60,357 nucleotides of DNA, filler included, from Squatina squatina (GCA_031763465.1; 3 parts of 3 records of this genome joined end to end with filler, not necessarily neighbours in it); one strand, 5' to 3'; shown: positions 13,718-26,026, numbered from the whole stretch's first letter. The notes: generated by a model from the sequence alone, not told the origin. Program-made: numbers and translations.

Positions 13718-14148
13718 TAGAAATAACTTGCACTTATATCATTCCTTTCATGACCACAGGGTGTCCCAAAGTGCTTCACACCAATGCAGTATTTTTGAAG
13801 TGCAGTCACTATTGTAATGTACAGAACGTGCACAGCAAGGTCCCACAAACAGCAGTGAGATAAGTACCCGACAATCTGTGTTTTTGGTGAGGTTGGTTGA
13901 GGGATAAATATTGTCGACACAAGGAAAAATTCCCTGTAGACATCCAATGTATACACCCAAACAATCTTTTACATCCACCTGAGTGGATAGACGGGGCGCT
14001 GGTTTAGCGTCTCACCTGAAAGACGGCACCTCCAACTTAGGCAATGCTGCACTAGAGCACCAGCCTATATTTTATGCTCAAGTCTTGGGACTTGAACCCA
14101 CAACCTGCTGACTCAGAGTTGAGAGTGCCATCACTGAGCCACAGCTGA
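13718..14148 (-). mobile_element. DeuSINE (SacSINE1-like), near full length
   Basis: Reverse complement of the 18839-19301 element, with head ...gggacttgaacccacaacc...ctgagccacagctg. Confidence 0.85.
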
Positions 14149-15119
14149 AGGTAGGGAATGTCTCAGACTCCCATGTTTTTGGCCACAGACACCGNNNNNN
14201 NNNNNNNNNNNNNNNNNNNNNNNNNNNNNNNNNNNNNNNNNNNNNNNNNNNNNNNNNNNNNNNNNNNNNNNNNNNNNNNNNNNNNNNNNNNNNNTTATTA
14301 GAATCTTAAAATTTATATTTGTACATAAACCATTAAACAGAAATTTGTTATTCTGATTCTGTTTCTATTCACACACATTTTTCATAGTGTTCCCTGGAGT
14401 ATTTCATTAAGATTGGTTCTGGCATTGACTTCAAACTAAACCAAGCTTCCAGGCATCAGCCAATTCACTCACCCCTACAGCAATATATATGTAGGTCAGG
14501 TATCATTGATCATTAAAGTTAAATATAGACTAACAGTTGGCTGGGAGTGTGTACCAAGTCATTAGCACAATCTCAGGCTTCTGAAAAGTTAATGCAGTCA
14601 TCAGAGCCAGGAGATTGTATTACAGCCGTCACACACTCCGTGGCATCTGTTACTTTATACAACACCACTCTGGGCAGGTGGACTGCTCCCTGATCTCCAA
14701 CAAAGTTGCTCTTGAGCCAGCCATGACTGTCCAGACTGACTCCCATTACAATTCCCAACCATCTGTAACATAGTATATTGGAGTACAACATCCTGCACCA
14801 CCTCACCACCAATGTTTCAAGGTTAATATATGGTTGGTTTACAAGGGTTTGCATTTATGACTGTTAACTCATGTGATATTGAGACTGGATAGGATAAGCA
14901 TTATAAAGAAATTACCATCATGTGACAGGAAAGGAATGGTTTTTATATGTTGATTTGACTATGTGCAAAGAATCCGATCCCTGCAGGTTTGTGATAAGCT
15001 CTAAATACAGCACTTTCATNNNNNNNNNNNNNNNNNNNNNNNNNNNNNNNNNNNNNNNNNNNNNNNNNNNNNNNNNNNNNNNNNNNNNNNNNNNNNNNNN
15101 NNNNNNNNNNNNNNNNNNN

Positions 15120-15325
15120 GGAGTGGGAGTGCAACGAATAATTAAAATGACAAACAACCAGAAGTCCAGGGTCACGCTTGCGCCTGAACAGAGGTGTTCA
15201 GTAAAGCGATCCTCCAATATGCATTTGGTCTCCTCAATGTAGAGGAGAGTGCATCGTGAGCAATGAATACAGTATACTAAATTGAAAGAAGCACAAGTTA
15301 AATTGCTGTATGACCTGAAAGGAGG
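15120..15325 (-). mobile_element. Penelope-like element, GIY-YIG endonuclease fragment
   Basis: TCASFNLVYCIHCSRCTLLYIEETKCILEDRFTEHL fits the N-x-VY-x-I-x-C-xx-C...YIGET...RF-x-EH pattern of PLE endonucleases. Confidence 0.8.
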
Positions 15326-15834
15326 TTTTATCTGGAAAAAGTCCAATGAGCTGAAATTAAGAATGACTTACCTTCTTTACGTAGAACAACTTATTTTTGT
15401 GCCAGAAACAGCAGATGTTTTTGCAACGTAAAGTACGAAGGCATCTTGCCAAGAATAGCAGTCATTAGGAATCCACAGACTGTAAAAAGATACATGCATT
15501 ATCTTGGGGGCTGGGTTAGATTATATATAAGTCAGCCTCTTGTCTGACCTTGATCAGCTACCGACCACACTGCTCCCTCAGGTCCATTTGGTAATAATTT
15601 CATAGAGTCAAGCAGGGAAGTGCACAGGAATGAACCATGACCCACACCATTGCAAACAGGAGCAGATCCTATCATTTAAGATAGCAATGGTGCACAATTT
15701 TTAACTGTCATGCTGATGTGCAAAATAAAATGGANNNNNNNNNNNNNNNNNNNNNNNNNNNNNNNNNNNNNNNNNNNNNNNNNNNNNNNNNNNNNNNNNN
15801 NNNNNNNNNNNNNNNNNNNNNNNNNNNNNNNNNN

Positions 15835-16368
15835 TCCCTCCACTGCAAGCACACCATGTGTGTACTATCAGCAAGATGTGCTGCAGCAACTCACCAAAGC
15901 TCCTTCACCAGCACCTCCCAAATGCACAAACTCCACCATCTAGAAGGACAGGGCAGCAGGTGCATGGGAACAGCACCAATGTTCCCTTTAGGCTGTATGG
16001 CCGCGCTCCAAGGATCTCACGCAGTCGGCTTGCCAGCTTTTCAATGCAAAAACTGCATGCGCGGTATTCTGAATGGTCCACACAACCCCTTAAAGTGGCT
16101 GTGCGGTGCCTAAAAAAATACAGGGAACATTGAACACCACCACCTGCAAGTTCCCCTTCAAGTCACACACTATCCTGACTTGGAAATGTATCGCCATTGG
16201 TTCATCGTTGCTGGGTTTAAATCCTGGAACTTCCTCCCTAACAGCACTGAGGGAGTACCTTCACCTCACAGACTGCTGCTATAACACCACCTCCTTCTCA
16301 AGAGCAATTAGGGATGGGAAATAAATGTTGGCCTTTCCAGGGAAGCCCACATTCCCATGAATAAATAC
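15835..16368 (+). mobile_element. CR1/L2-group LINE 3' end interrupted by a hAT MITE
   Basis: Degraded ORF2 C-terminus (CTISKMCCSNSPKLLHQHLPN...SWN) and 3' UTR caattagggatgggaaataaatg. Confidence 0.7.
15977..16132. mobile_element. Non-autonomous hAT element (156 bp)
   Basis: Perfect 11-bp TIR CAATGTTCCCT / AGGGAACATTG; 8-bp TSD aacagcac / aacaccac (7 of 8 match). Confidence 0.85.
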
Positions 16369-17006
16369 AAAACATTGCACCCCTATGAGGTTGTCAATAT
16401 TCAAACCAGACAAAGTGCATGCATTGTACAACCACAGCATGTTTCTCATGTGTTTCAATGGTAACCTTTAGCAATTTTTCAACATTTTGATATTGAGTTA
16501 ATTTTAATGATGGCTTAAAAGTTTCTTGTTTTTCCCTTGTGTAATATTGCAGCTGCCATCAATAACACACACACACACACACGCATAGGGATAAATCTGT
16601 ATATTTCTAAGGAATGCATTTTCTTGAAAGGATTTATGTCAATGACATGTTTCATTAAAAGTAATTATAACTATCTGCTGACAGCTTCCAATTCCTTTCC
16701 AAATGATTCATTTAATCCTCAGTTAAAACATAGAAAACAAATTCCTAGGGACAAGCAGAATTTATAGGAAGTGATACGACATCCTCAGTAGCTTCCAGGA
16801 AGGTTGTGCAGCAGTTTGCAGAGACAGCTATTTCCAGATGTCATAAGCTGACTTTAGTCCTTGGGAGACAGACTTTTCCGATTTTCATTTGCACGTGCTA
16901 TATCAGNNNNNNNNNNNNNNNNNNNNNNNNNNNNNNNNNNNNNNNNNNNNNNNNNNNNNNNNNNNNNNNNNNNNNNNNNNNNNNNNNNNNNNNNNNNNNN
17001 NNNNNN

Positions 17007-18470
17007 GGAGTGAACCCACCGCTGGGACAGTGTGTTGGTACACATCACACTGGCATACCCACCCATTTCGATATGTTGACAACATTCCAGGTCTGGGGCC
17101 ACCCATGCTCAATTTCGGTCAAACAACCATTGAGGGTGGTCCCTGAATTCCTTGAAGATGTACCCTCATTAGAATGTTCAATGTGCTCCTATGGACTCTA
17201 CCTTGTACAACCAGGCAGGAGGAATTGCGATGTTGGTGATGATTGGGACTGCTAAAATCACTGGGATCTGATCATCCCCGCTCTGGGAGTGAGCCCGAGT
17301 TGTGAAAAAGGCTAGGCCATGCTACTTTATAGTCTTCTTCTGTCTAACTGGCAAGTAGCCAAGTGGTGATTCTTGACAAATGTGGGGACATGGTTAGATC
17401 GAGGTCAGATAGTCCCTTCTGTAGTAGGGTAAGTTACAAAATTCCCATAGATGCTACTTGGAGATGGTCTGTTGGACATATTCTTGATTATTAACCCCAA
17501 CAATTTCATTAAATTTATTGAGATAGATTGCATGGCCGCCACTATTTCCTGGGTGGATAGCAAGGAGTTATCGTGCTCATGGATTAAGTTTGGTCAATAA
17601 TCCCTTCAGTTGCCTTTGCATGACTTTGTTGTGCTCCCATATTTTTTCTACATCTATTCGATTCTTACCAGCCATGCCTGCTGCAGCTCCTATTCCCACC
17701 CACTCCACCTGTTGGTGTCAGGCCTTTACCCTTCTTCTTCATCTGAGTTAGGGCTTTCCTATTTTTTCTCTGGTTTCTGTGAGTCCTCTACAAACTCCTT
17801 CAACATGAGGCAGAACAAATCGAGGTAATTATCTTGGCATTCCCAATCAGCAGGTGTAAAAAGGTCAAACTAAAAATGATTGAGACAATCTCAAAGTGCA
17901 CATCATTGTACAATACCGCTCTTGAGTCAGTCACTTCCAACCCATACTTCTGTGGAATAGGGAATATCATAGGGCGCGGAGGGCCGAGGCTACTGGTGAC
18001 ATCTATACCTGGTTTCTTGGTAGTTTCTAATTTTACGTGCAAGGTGCTATATCCCTCTTGGTTTGGCTCACAACGGACATTACCACTGAGGCAAATTTAA
18101 CGTTTGAGACTACACTAGGCCATGCTTCCCATCAGGTTGTCGGAACAAGTTCCTCTTTCTAAGGAATTTCAAAATCTCCTATGGGAGGGGCAAACATGCT
18201 AAGTTGGTCTTGAAACCACTCTCACCTTCCGCCATTCCATTTCCTTTACAAATACATTTTACCCGTACTCCCTTCCCTTCTTCCACATACATGCCAGTAA
18301 TTCAATTCCTGTTCAATAATTCTTCGCATCTGCGGTTCCACCATCGACTCAGTCATTCTTCAACTTCTTTTGTCCTTTCTTCTCTGGTCTGATTATATCT
18401 GTATTGTTCATCTAGAGGGTTATGTTGGCACCAATCCTTAAACACTACTGAGCAGCTTTCCTGGAGCATA
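17007..18470 (-). pseudogene. Degraded envelope / class I viral fusion glycoprotein-like ORF (endogenous retroelement relic)
   Basis: Stitched by hand across stops and frameshifts: IFPIPQKYGLEVTDSRAVLYNDVHFEIVSIIF; basic cluster RRRVK; Gly/Ala-rich WVGIGAAAGMAG; heptad-like NRIDVEKIWEHNKVMQRQLKGLLTKL; LLQKGLSDL/NHVPTFV; IPVILAVPII...LYKVESIG; APDLECCQH..WVCQC. Confidence 0.6.
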
Positions 18471-18838
18471 CTGCCCACAATATAATAATTGATACATTTT
18501 CAGGTCCTTTAAGAGTTCACCAGCCCATTGAAATCAAGCACAGTTGCACAGTATATGGCTACCAGTTTTGCCATTGACTTAGTTTGCAAAAGACTTCAAT
18601 TGATTGATGTACCATTTGCTGACCTTATTAGCCCATCCATTTAGGCTCAAATACATGTTCCTTTTTACCATAATTTTGTATCATTACCACATTTCCAATC
18701 TCATATTTGGCTGGTTTCACCTTTTTATTGAAATACTTCTTAATCTGCTGTTTAGATTTGCCAATATTCCTGGCTACGAAACAGTTCATTTTGTTGACTT
18801 ACTCCACCATCTGTTCCAACCATTTTTGCCCTACCAGT

Positions 18839-19301
18839 GCCAGCTGTGGCTCAGTGGGTAGCACTCTCGCCTCTGAGACAGAAGGTTGTGGGTTCAAGTC
18901 CCACTCCAGAGACTTGAGCACATGAATCTAGGTTGACACGCCAGTGCAATACGAAAGGAGTGCTGCACTGTCAGAGGTGCTGTCTTTCAGATGAGGCGTT
19001 AAACTGAGGCCTCGTCTACCCTCTCAGGTGGATGTAAAAGGTCCTATGGCACTATTTTGAAGAAGAGCAGGGGAGTTATACCCCGATGCCCCGGCCAAGA
19101 TTTATCCCTCAGTCAACATAACAAAAACATTATCTGGTCACTATCACATTGCTGTTTGTGGGAGCTTGCTGTGCGCAACTTGGCTGCTGCGTTTCCCACA
19201 TTACAACAGTGCCTGCACTCTAAAAGTACTCCATTGGCTGTAAGGTGCTTTGGGATGACCTGAGGTCATGAAGGGAGGTGTATAAATGTAAGTTCCTTCT
19301 T
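18839..19301 (+). mobile_element. Full-length tRNA-derived DeuSINE (SacSINE1-like)
   Basis: A box TGGCTCAGTGGG, B box GGTTCAAGTCC, central Deu-like domain (gtggatgtaaaaggtcctatggcactatttt), L2-like tail tataaatgtaagtt. Confidence 0.88.
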
Positions 19302-19854
19302 GTCCATGTAAAGCACAGAAAATCTTGAACAACACATTCTCTCTTCAACAGTCTGAAGCAATAATAATATGCATTAACTTGATAAAGCTTCCCAGCATGC
19401 CTTCTGATTTTGGTTACGTTTAACAGTTCTGTGTTCTTTCCTTTTTTGTTAACCAAATTCTGCTCTTTTACCAAGTAATTTAAGGTTTCTAATCCATCCC
19501 TTTAGTTTTCTTTAAAAAGCCGGTATTGAAAATCCATATTGAAAAGTCCAAAATCATTCACCATCCATTTGGGAAAATGCCACCATTCATTGTAAGTTAC
19601 AAGTCAAACAGGAGTAGAGTGTGTCCTCAGTAAGATGTGCCCATCTAATTGATCCATAGGTACTGCAGTAGTCAGTAAGATGAATGCTGCACTCTGGACA
19701 GATGGACGTTACTGGGTTCAAGCTAAACGTCAGATGGACTGCAACTGGAAGCTCAACCAATGGGAACGTGAGTCTTAACAGCAATGAGAGATTTAACCAT
19801 CTAATTTTAATGGCCTGCCTTCATTTTTCTAAAATAAAATATTATTTTTCCTAG

Positions 19855-19932
19855 CGACGATTGTAGACTGGATTTTGAATCAAACAAGCGAGGGAGAAAC
19901 AGTCGCTGCTGACCCCTTTGTGTTTTCTGTTG
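19855..19932 (+). CDS. XPNPEP2: Xaa-Pro aminopeptidase 2, internal exon (78 nt, phase 1-1)
   Basis: Acceptor ttatttttcctag and donor gtaagg. Encodes TIVDWILNQTSEGETVAADPFVFSV, resembling the XPNPEP2 segment PIVTWLLTEIPAGGRVGFDPFLLSI. Lies upstream of a second, clearer XPNPEP2 exon. Confidence 0.8.
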
Positions 19933-20299
19933 GTAAGGAAACAGTACTCATAAGCATTTTCTGTTCTATTTACTCTGTGCATCATCACCATGTTTAAATC
20001 AAGACTCACTGCAATCTCCAACTCTAACTCATTTTTTCCAAGGACCTCCAACCAGAGCAATTCCTTATTACCCTCAGTCTCGTCTTCCTCCTCTAATCGT
20101 CAAGATTTTAGAACCCAAGATTGGGTGGTAAATACATTTTCCTGCCTTTGCTCATTTTAGTCAACGGCTGGGAGNNNNNNNNNNNNNNNNNNNNNNNNNN
20201 NNNNNNNNNNNNNNNNNNNNNNNNNNNNNNNNNNNNNNNNNNNNNNNNNNNNNNNNNNNNNNNNNNNNNNNNNNTCTGAGCTTGGGTATAGGGAGTACA

Positions 20300-20745
20300 A
20301 TTTTGAAGTTTGTGGAAAATACAAAATTTGGCAAAATAGTAAACAGTGAGGTGGAAAATAGCAGCCTTCAGGAGGACATGGAGAAGCTGGTGAAATGAGC
20401 AGACATGTCACGGCAGATACAATTTAAGGGTAAGTGTGAAGTGATGTACTTTAGGACAAACAACATGGAGAGGCAGTATAATCTAACTGGTACAATTTTG
20501 AGGGGTGTGTAAGAGCAAAGGGACCTGGGTGTATATATTCACAAATCTTTGAAGGTGGCAGGGCAAGATGATAAGGTGGTAAGGAAAGTATATAGGATAC
20601 TTGGATTTGTAAATAGGGGCATTGAATACAAAAACAGGGAAATCATGCTAAACCTTTACAAATCACTGGTTAGGGCTCAGCTGGAGTACTGTGTTCATTT
20701 CTGGGCACCAAACTTTAGGAAGAACGTGAAGGCTTTATGGAGGTA
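20300..20745 (+). mobile_element. CR1 ORF2 (RT C-terminal) fragment
   Basis: DLGVYIHKSLKVAGQ...RGIEYKNREIMLNLYKSLVRAQLEYCVHFWAPNFRK. Confidence 0.9.
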
Positions 20746-21623
20746 AATATCTGTTGAGGTCTCCGTGTAAGATGCGGTAGTCAGGATGGCAAATTAGTGC
20801 CAGAAAAAATTAAACACAAAATCTTTCTACAAACTGAATCCACGAGGGATAGTTCGACCTAACCTCCTGGTAACCTTGACTAATATTGTTATCGGATATG
20901 ATGGAATTTCTTTCCATACCTTTAACTCATCTGGTGGGCTGGGGGGAGGTGTGAAAGAATTCATTTTTAAAACTGCAGTTGTCAAATCTGTTTCAGGTCG
21001 ATTTGATTTGAAGTCATGCTTTGTTCATTTTAGGAAAAAAATGTTTTTTTTTTAATGAATTTGTATCATATTAGATTTTCTGCTCGAATTTTATTTCAGA
21101 TTAATTTTTGTTTAAAAATGTGGACCAAGGACAAAATTTAAGCCTGGAAAGTCCTGTTTGTACTATTAAGATACTAACTTTTGACACATTTATATGACAT
21201 TCGTTGGTCCGCTATTTTAACAGAGCTGCTAATTTATTTAAAATAAATGAGTGAACAACTCCATTAAAATAGTGGCAAAGGAATTTCATATAAACATTAA
21301 GTGTTTGTATACCATTATTTGGAGAGCCTTATTACAAATATTAATACTCATATCTCATCCCCTCAATACTTACCCACTCAAAATTTTACCTGATGATAAA
21401 GAAAGCATCTTAATTTTTTTTTTAATTCCATGCAAAGCCAGGTCTCTTTTTTCATTAAATGCCTAAATTCTGAACAAACCCTTCTTCAGTAACTGAATTG
21501 TTGCAGGTTGACAACATTTCTGTNNNNNNNNNNNNNNNNNNNNNNNNNNNNNNNNNNNNNNNNNNNNNNNNNNNNNNNNNNNNNNNNNNNNNNNNNNNNN
21601 NNNNNNNNNNNNNNNNNNNNNNN

Positions 21624-21895
21624 AAGGTGTTGCTTAACCAGGAGCCAATGTAGGTCAGCGAGCACAGGGGTTATGGATGAGCGGGACTTGGTGCGAGTTA
21701 GGACACAGGCAACCGAATTTTGGATCACCTCTGGTTTACGTAGGGTAGAATGTGGGAGGCCACCCAGCAGTGCGTTGGAATAGTCAAGTCTAGGGTAACA
21801 AAGGCATGGATGATGGCTTCAGCAGTGGATGCACTGAGGCAAGGGCGGAGACAGGCGATGTTGCGGAGTTGGAAATAGGCAGTCTTAGTTATGGT
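21624..21895 (-). mobile_element. L2 LINE ORF2 fragment
   Basis: IQNSVACVLTRTKSRSSITPVLADLHWL, the typical L2 QN-AAR...ITP-L--LHWL motif. Confidence 0.88.
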
Positions 21896-21984
21896 GTAAC
21901 TTAGTATTATTCATGTAGGGGACAGTGATGGGTGCGATGTGGATATAATACAGTATTTTCCTTTACAACTACTATGTTTTTCAG

Positions 21985-22094
21985 GTGCGTGATGCAGTCG
22001 CTGTCATACGATATCTTGTATGGCTGGAAAACAACGTTCCAAAAGGAACAGTGACTGAACTCTCAGGTGCACATTATGTAAACAAGTTACGCAG
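21985..22094 (+). CDS. XPNPEP2: Xaa-Pro aminopeptidase 2, internal exon (110 nt), start of the M24 catalytic domain
   Basis: Acceptor tttttcag and donor gtataa. Encodes VRDAVAVIRYLVWLENNVPKGTVTELSGAHYVNKLR, close to mammalian VRDAVAVIRYLVWLEKNVPKGTVDEFSGA. Adjacent to SASH3. Confidence 0.93.
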
Positions 22095-24980
22095 GTATAA
22101 ATCCTATAGGAAGTTTACATGAAAACACATGATGTGTGCGCTGGCTGATGCTCAGTTCTGATGATAGTGGATTTAATTAAAACACAATTTACCAACATTC
22201 TGCATCACAAAGGCAATATGTTCAAAACTAAACGTATTGTATCAAATTATTAACCTCCACTCTCCAAATATATTAAATATTTCCTCATTGTATTATGAAA
22301 TATAGTATTAAACTCCCAGAAGAATTTGGAATATAGGCCTTGTAAATGATAAACACACTCATATGAAATTATTTTTTTAATGTATTTTAAAATGAACAAA
22401 TTAACACCTTAGTTAAAATTGTGAGTAAGAAATATCAGACACCCAAAATTAAGCAGTTATATATTAATATTCATACAGTGTGATTTCAANNNNNNNNNNT
22501 AACCTCTGTAGAGGCATCCTCAACCTAAGTCTTCTGAGGAGGACCCCATGAACTATTTTAAGAGTAATATCTTAGAATTTTCTCACCTTTTCCTTTCTTC
22601 AAGTTTTCACTGAATTCTGATTACTTTCGAATGTTTCAGTTTACTCAGTTCCGCCTTTACCATTTATAGCAAAATTCCAGTGTCAAGTTGGACAGAAATC
22701 CTTGTTTATGTCTTTTAAAGGGTCTTGTACTTATTCAAATTGTCATAGAGTCCTAAACCTTGTAATATTACCAGTGCTGCACAGTTCTCACTGTTGTCTC
22801 TTGTATGCTTTAGAATTGCTTACCAGTGGCAGCTATATAATTCATATCAGCTTTCAGTCCAGAGGAGGGGCCTACACAGAGCACCTTACTTTGTGTCAAC
22901 TGTTTTGATGTTCAAGTCCACTGCAAAGTACCAGACTTACTCATCGCCAATTGCTTAATCCAGGACCTTACATGAGGGACTTTGGCAAAGAGGCGTGCCG
23001 TTCTTTAGCTGACTCCTCTTAAAGGGTACTCAGTGACAGCTGAGTGTAGGCCACGGCCCTCCATCCTGGCAACTGTTATCCATTTTGCCACGGATTAATA
23101 TCACAGCTTGATCCTGCATCTCACACCTGAGATTGACAAAGCTCCTCCAATGCTGGAGTTCTAAATTATGAAGAACTGCTTGACACATGTCTTCACTGAC
23201 ATTATGAAGGGGATACACGGGCCAAATCTAACTGCAACAAGAAGTTGCCTTTACCTTGTATTGCGATTGCGAGAGNNNNNNNNNNNNNNNNNNNNNNNNN
23301 NNNNNNNNNNNNNNNNNNNNNNNNNNNNNNNNNNNNNNNNNNNNNNNNNNNNNNNNNNNNNNNNNNNNNNNNNNNATTCGTCAGACATGATTTACCTTTC
23401 ATAAATCGGGGTTGGTTTCATGGAATCGTTAGGTTGGATTAACTGGCTATACACCTCATTGCTGTTTATGGCATTGAAGCTGGTGGCTAAAAAAGTCAGA
23501 TGCACAACATTAGCTAGAAAAGGATCCTGAAAATCAGGTTAAAAAAAACAAGCAAGCAATATTAATTGAGAAATGACTTCATATTTAGGCAATCTTCTTA
23601 CTGGGCCCATTAAAGTCACAGCTGTACATAGTTCAGCACCTAGCAAGTAGGGCTGCCCAATATTTATGGGTGTGCTATATCTCAGTGTCATGCATTCTTG
23701 AACTCCAGAAAATGACATGCAAGATGTAATGACATCATGCTCCACCCCAAATTTTATTACAATTAAGCTCCCTAACCCTATTTTTCATTGGCAGAAATGT
23801 ACGTAATGTGCAAAGCGGGAGTAGACCCAACATAATGGATCTACACACATTTTTCCAATCTAGTTCCACCAATTCACACCTGTTTGTCAAGTGAACCCCT
23901 CAGAAAATCTACCTAGTGTTAATGTGTTTATACACTCCTGGCCCAGTTCCCTACGCTTTCACTTTTAGATCAGTTACAGCATCCACTGCCATTTGCAATG
24001 ACGTTAGTTATCCCACCATTTTTCACTTGTAAAAAATTCTTCAAAACACAGAAATGACTAATTCAATTCTACAAAAAGCAATCGTATTCTAAAAGGTGAG
24101 TTATAGCTCTCCACCAGGCTATTGCTTAGCACAGGACTCCGGCTAAAAAAAATGATGCAACCCCCATGACACCACTTCAGTTTCTTGTCACACTTTCTCA
24201 CAGGACTGAACACTAGACAGCAGCAACACTACATAGGAGGAATCAGATCTATACAAACCTGCAAACAATACCACAGAAGATGCACAAGTACAGCTGAATT
24301 ATTAGAATCTGCAGCGATTGAAATAATTTGGTGCGAAAGTGAACAACATTGTAACAGGATTTATTACTGTTTGTTGGGTTTTGCAGATCTATTGTAATGG
24401 GGTTGTGGCACTGATAATAGTGCAGCTGTGACCCATATCAATGCAGGAGATAATCAGCATTAGCACACACACAGCTTTTACTGGTTAAAGATCTTCACGA
24501 GCAACAGGAGAGCTTTGTGGCTTGGTTTGGTTTTTTGCTGCACTAACTCCTATGCGAAGAGCCGTACCACTTCGACCCCAGGCAGTTGTTTTTGATTTTT
24601 ATCTATCATGAGAGAAGGGTTTCCTGGCATAAAGACTACAAGGTAGAAATTATTGTCGATGGTGCTATCTTACAAGCTCATTGTGCTTGTACCAAAATAC
24701 CTTGGGCGGCCAATTCGATAATTACCGCCTCTGGTAAGCGTCATTAAAACGGCGTTCGACCCCAAACGCCGTTTTTTGCCAGTAACTGCCATGCTGAGCA
24801 ATTCGTCAGGGCCTAGAATAGTGTACAAAATGGCGCTAAGCTCAGCGTACGGCACTAGGTGGTGTCCATGACGTCATCAGNNNNNNNNNNNNNNNNNNNN
24901 NNNNNNNNNNNNNNNNNNNNNNNNNNNNNNNNNNNNNNNNNNNNNNNNNNNNNNNNNNNNNNNNNNNNNNNNNNNNNNNN

Positions 24981-25092
24981 ATTTCTTACCTCCACCCAAA
25001 TGGATTCTATATCTTGACCGTCTGAGCCAAGATCATTTCTCACTATCATACTCATTTCATCCTTTATTAACAGAGCTATCCCACCTCCTTTT
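24981..25092 (-). mobile_element. CR1 APE endonuclease fragment
   Basis: GGGIALLIKDEM...IESIWVEVRN. Confidence 0.8.
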
Positions 25093-25800
25093 TTGTACCA
25101 ATTTATACACTTAACAGTGACCATTAAGGTGGCTATAGTGTACACTTGAGCAAATTTTGTGCTGGACGTCTGAACAAAAGAACTAACTGTAGCAAAGGGT
25201 AGAGCATGCATATTTATACCCCATCGCCATGAAGAGCTTTGCAACATGTAGTAACTAAGAAAACACATAGCAACACTTTGATGTTATAAACGTTCTGAGA
25301 ATATGGAACCCTATCAGGAATTAGTGACTGCTGTCCAGGGGATGTGATCACCTCATTTCAATAAACTAATTACTGATTAATGCTCTACCACTAGGTATAT
25401 AATTTTTCTGCATTTAGCCACAATAATGTTTGGTGCATTAAGCCACAGCACGGTCAAAGCCACATGTATAAAATAGGTGACAACCTCAAATTATGGCAAA
25501 ATTATAATATTTCCCAATTTTGCTGTGACATAATCAAGAATGATATTTGCAATCTTTTATATGTAGATCTTTGACTTACCCACTAAATATGTGAATAATG
25601 CAACTATATACACACATTTTATTGCACTATATATCATATTTAATTGCATGTTTTGTAACTTCTTTTGCATAAATTTGCAAAACTGACAGCTGAAACCTTA
25701 GAATGTAAGAGTATGACTTAAATATTAACAACTGCTTTTGTCATTTTTAACACCTTGGTTCTGTTGCTGTGCAAGCAAACAGCACTCAGTAAGACTTGCT

Positions 25801-25905
25801 ACTTCCTTCCTGGTTCAATGCGAAAGATTGACATTAGAGTTCTAACCAACACCATTTTGCTGCGGTAACGACTTGCCATGTGACTCTCCTTCCTGTGACT
25901 CAGAT
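25801..25905 (+). promoter_or_regulatory. Putative SASH3 proximal promoter motif cluster (ETS, RUNX, E-box, ETS-AP-1)
   Basis: ACTTCCTTCCTG 25801-25812, TGCGGT 25861-25866, CATGTG 25877-25882, and CTTCCTG directly followed by TGACTCA 25889-25902. All lie 70-170 nt upstream of the SASH3 ATG. Confidence 0.4.
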
Positions 25906-25969
25906 TCCTTCAGTTAAGCAGAAACTCTTTAATTTATATCCTATCTTTATTTTTACTTTCCTAAAAAAA

Positions 25970-26026
25970 ATGTTACGAAGAAAACCTTCCAATGCATCAG
26001 AAAAGGAGCAAAATCGAAAACCAAAG
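25970..26026 (+). CDS. SASH3: SAM and SH3 domain-containing protein 3, first coding exon
   Basis: ATG to donor gtaggg; encodes MLRRKPSNASEKEQNRKPK, matching the SASH3 N-terminus MLRRKPSNASEKE. Confidence 0.92.

Noticed and set aside
15372-15479. Minus-strand segment bounded by a good acceptor and a GTAAGT donor
   Set aside because: Stops in all three frames, so not a coding internal exon; nothing supports a non-coding exon.
18845-18915. tRNA gene
   Set aside because: The A and B boxes belong to a SINE head that continues into the SINE body.
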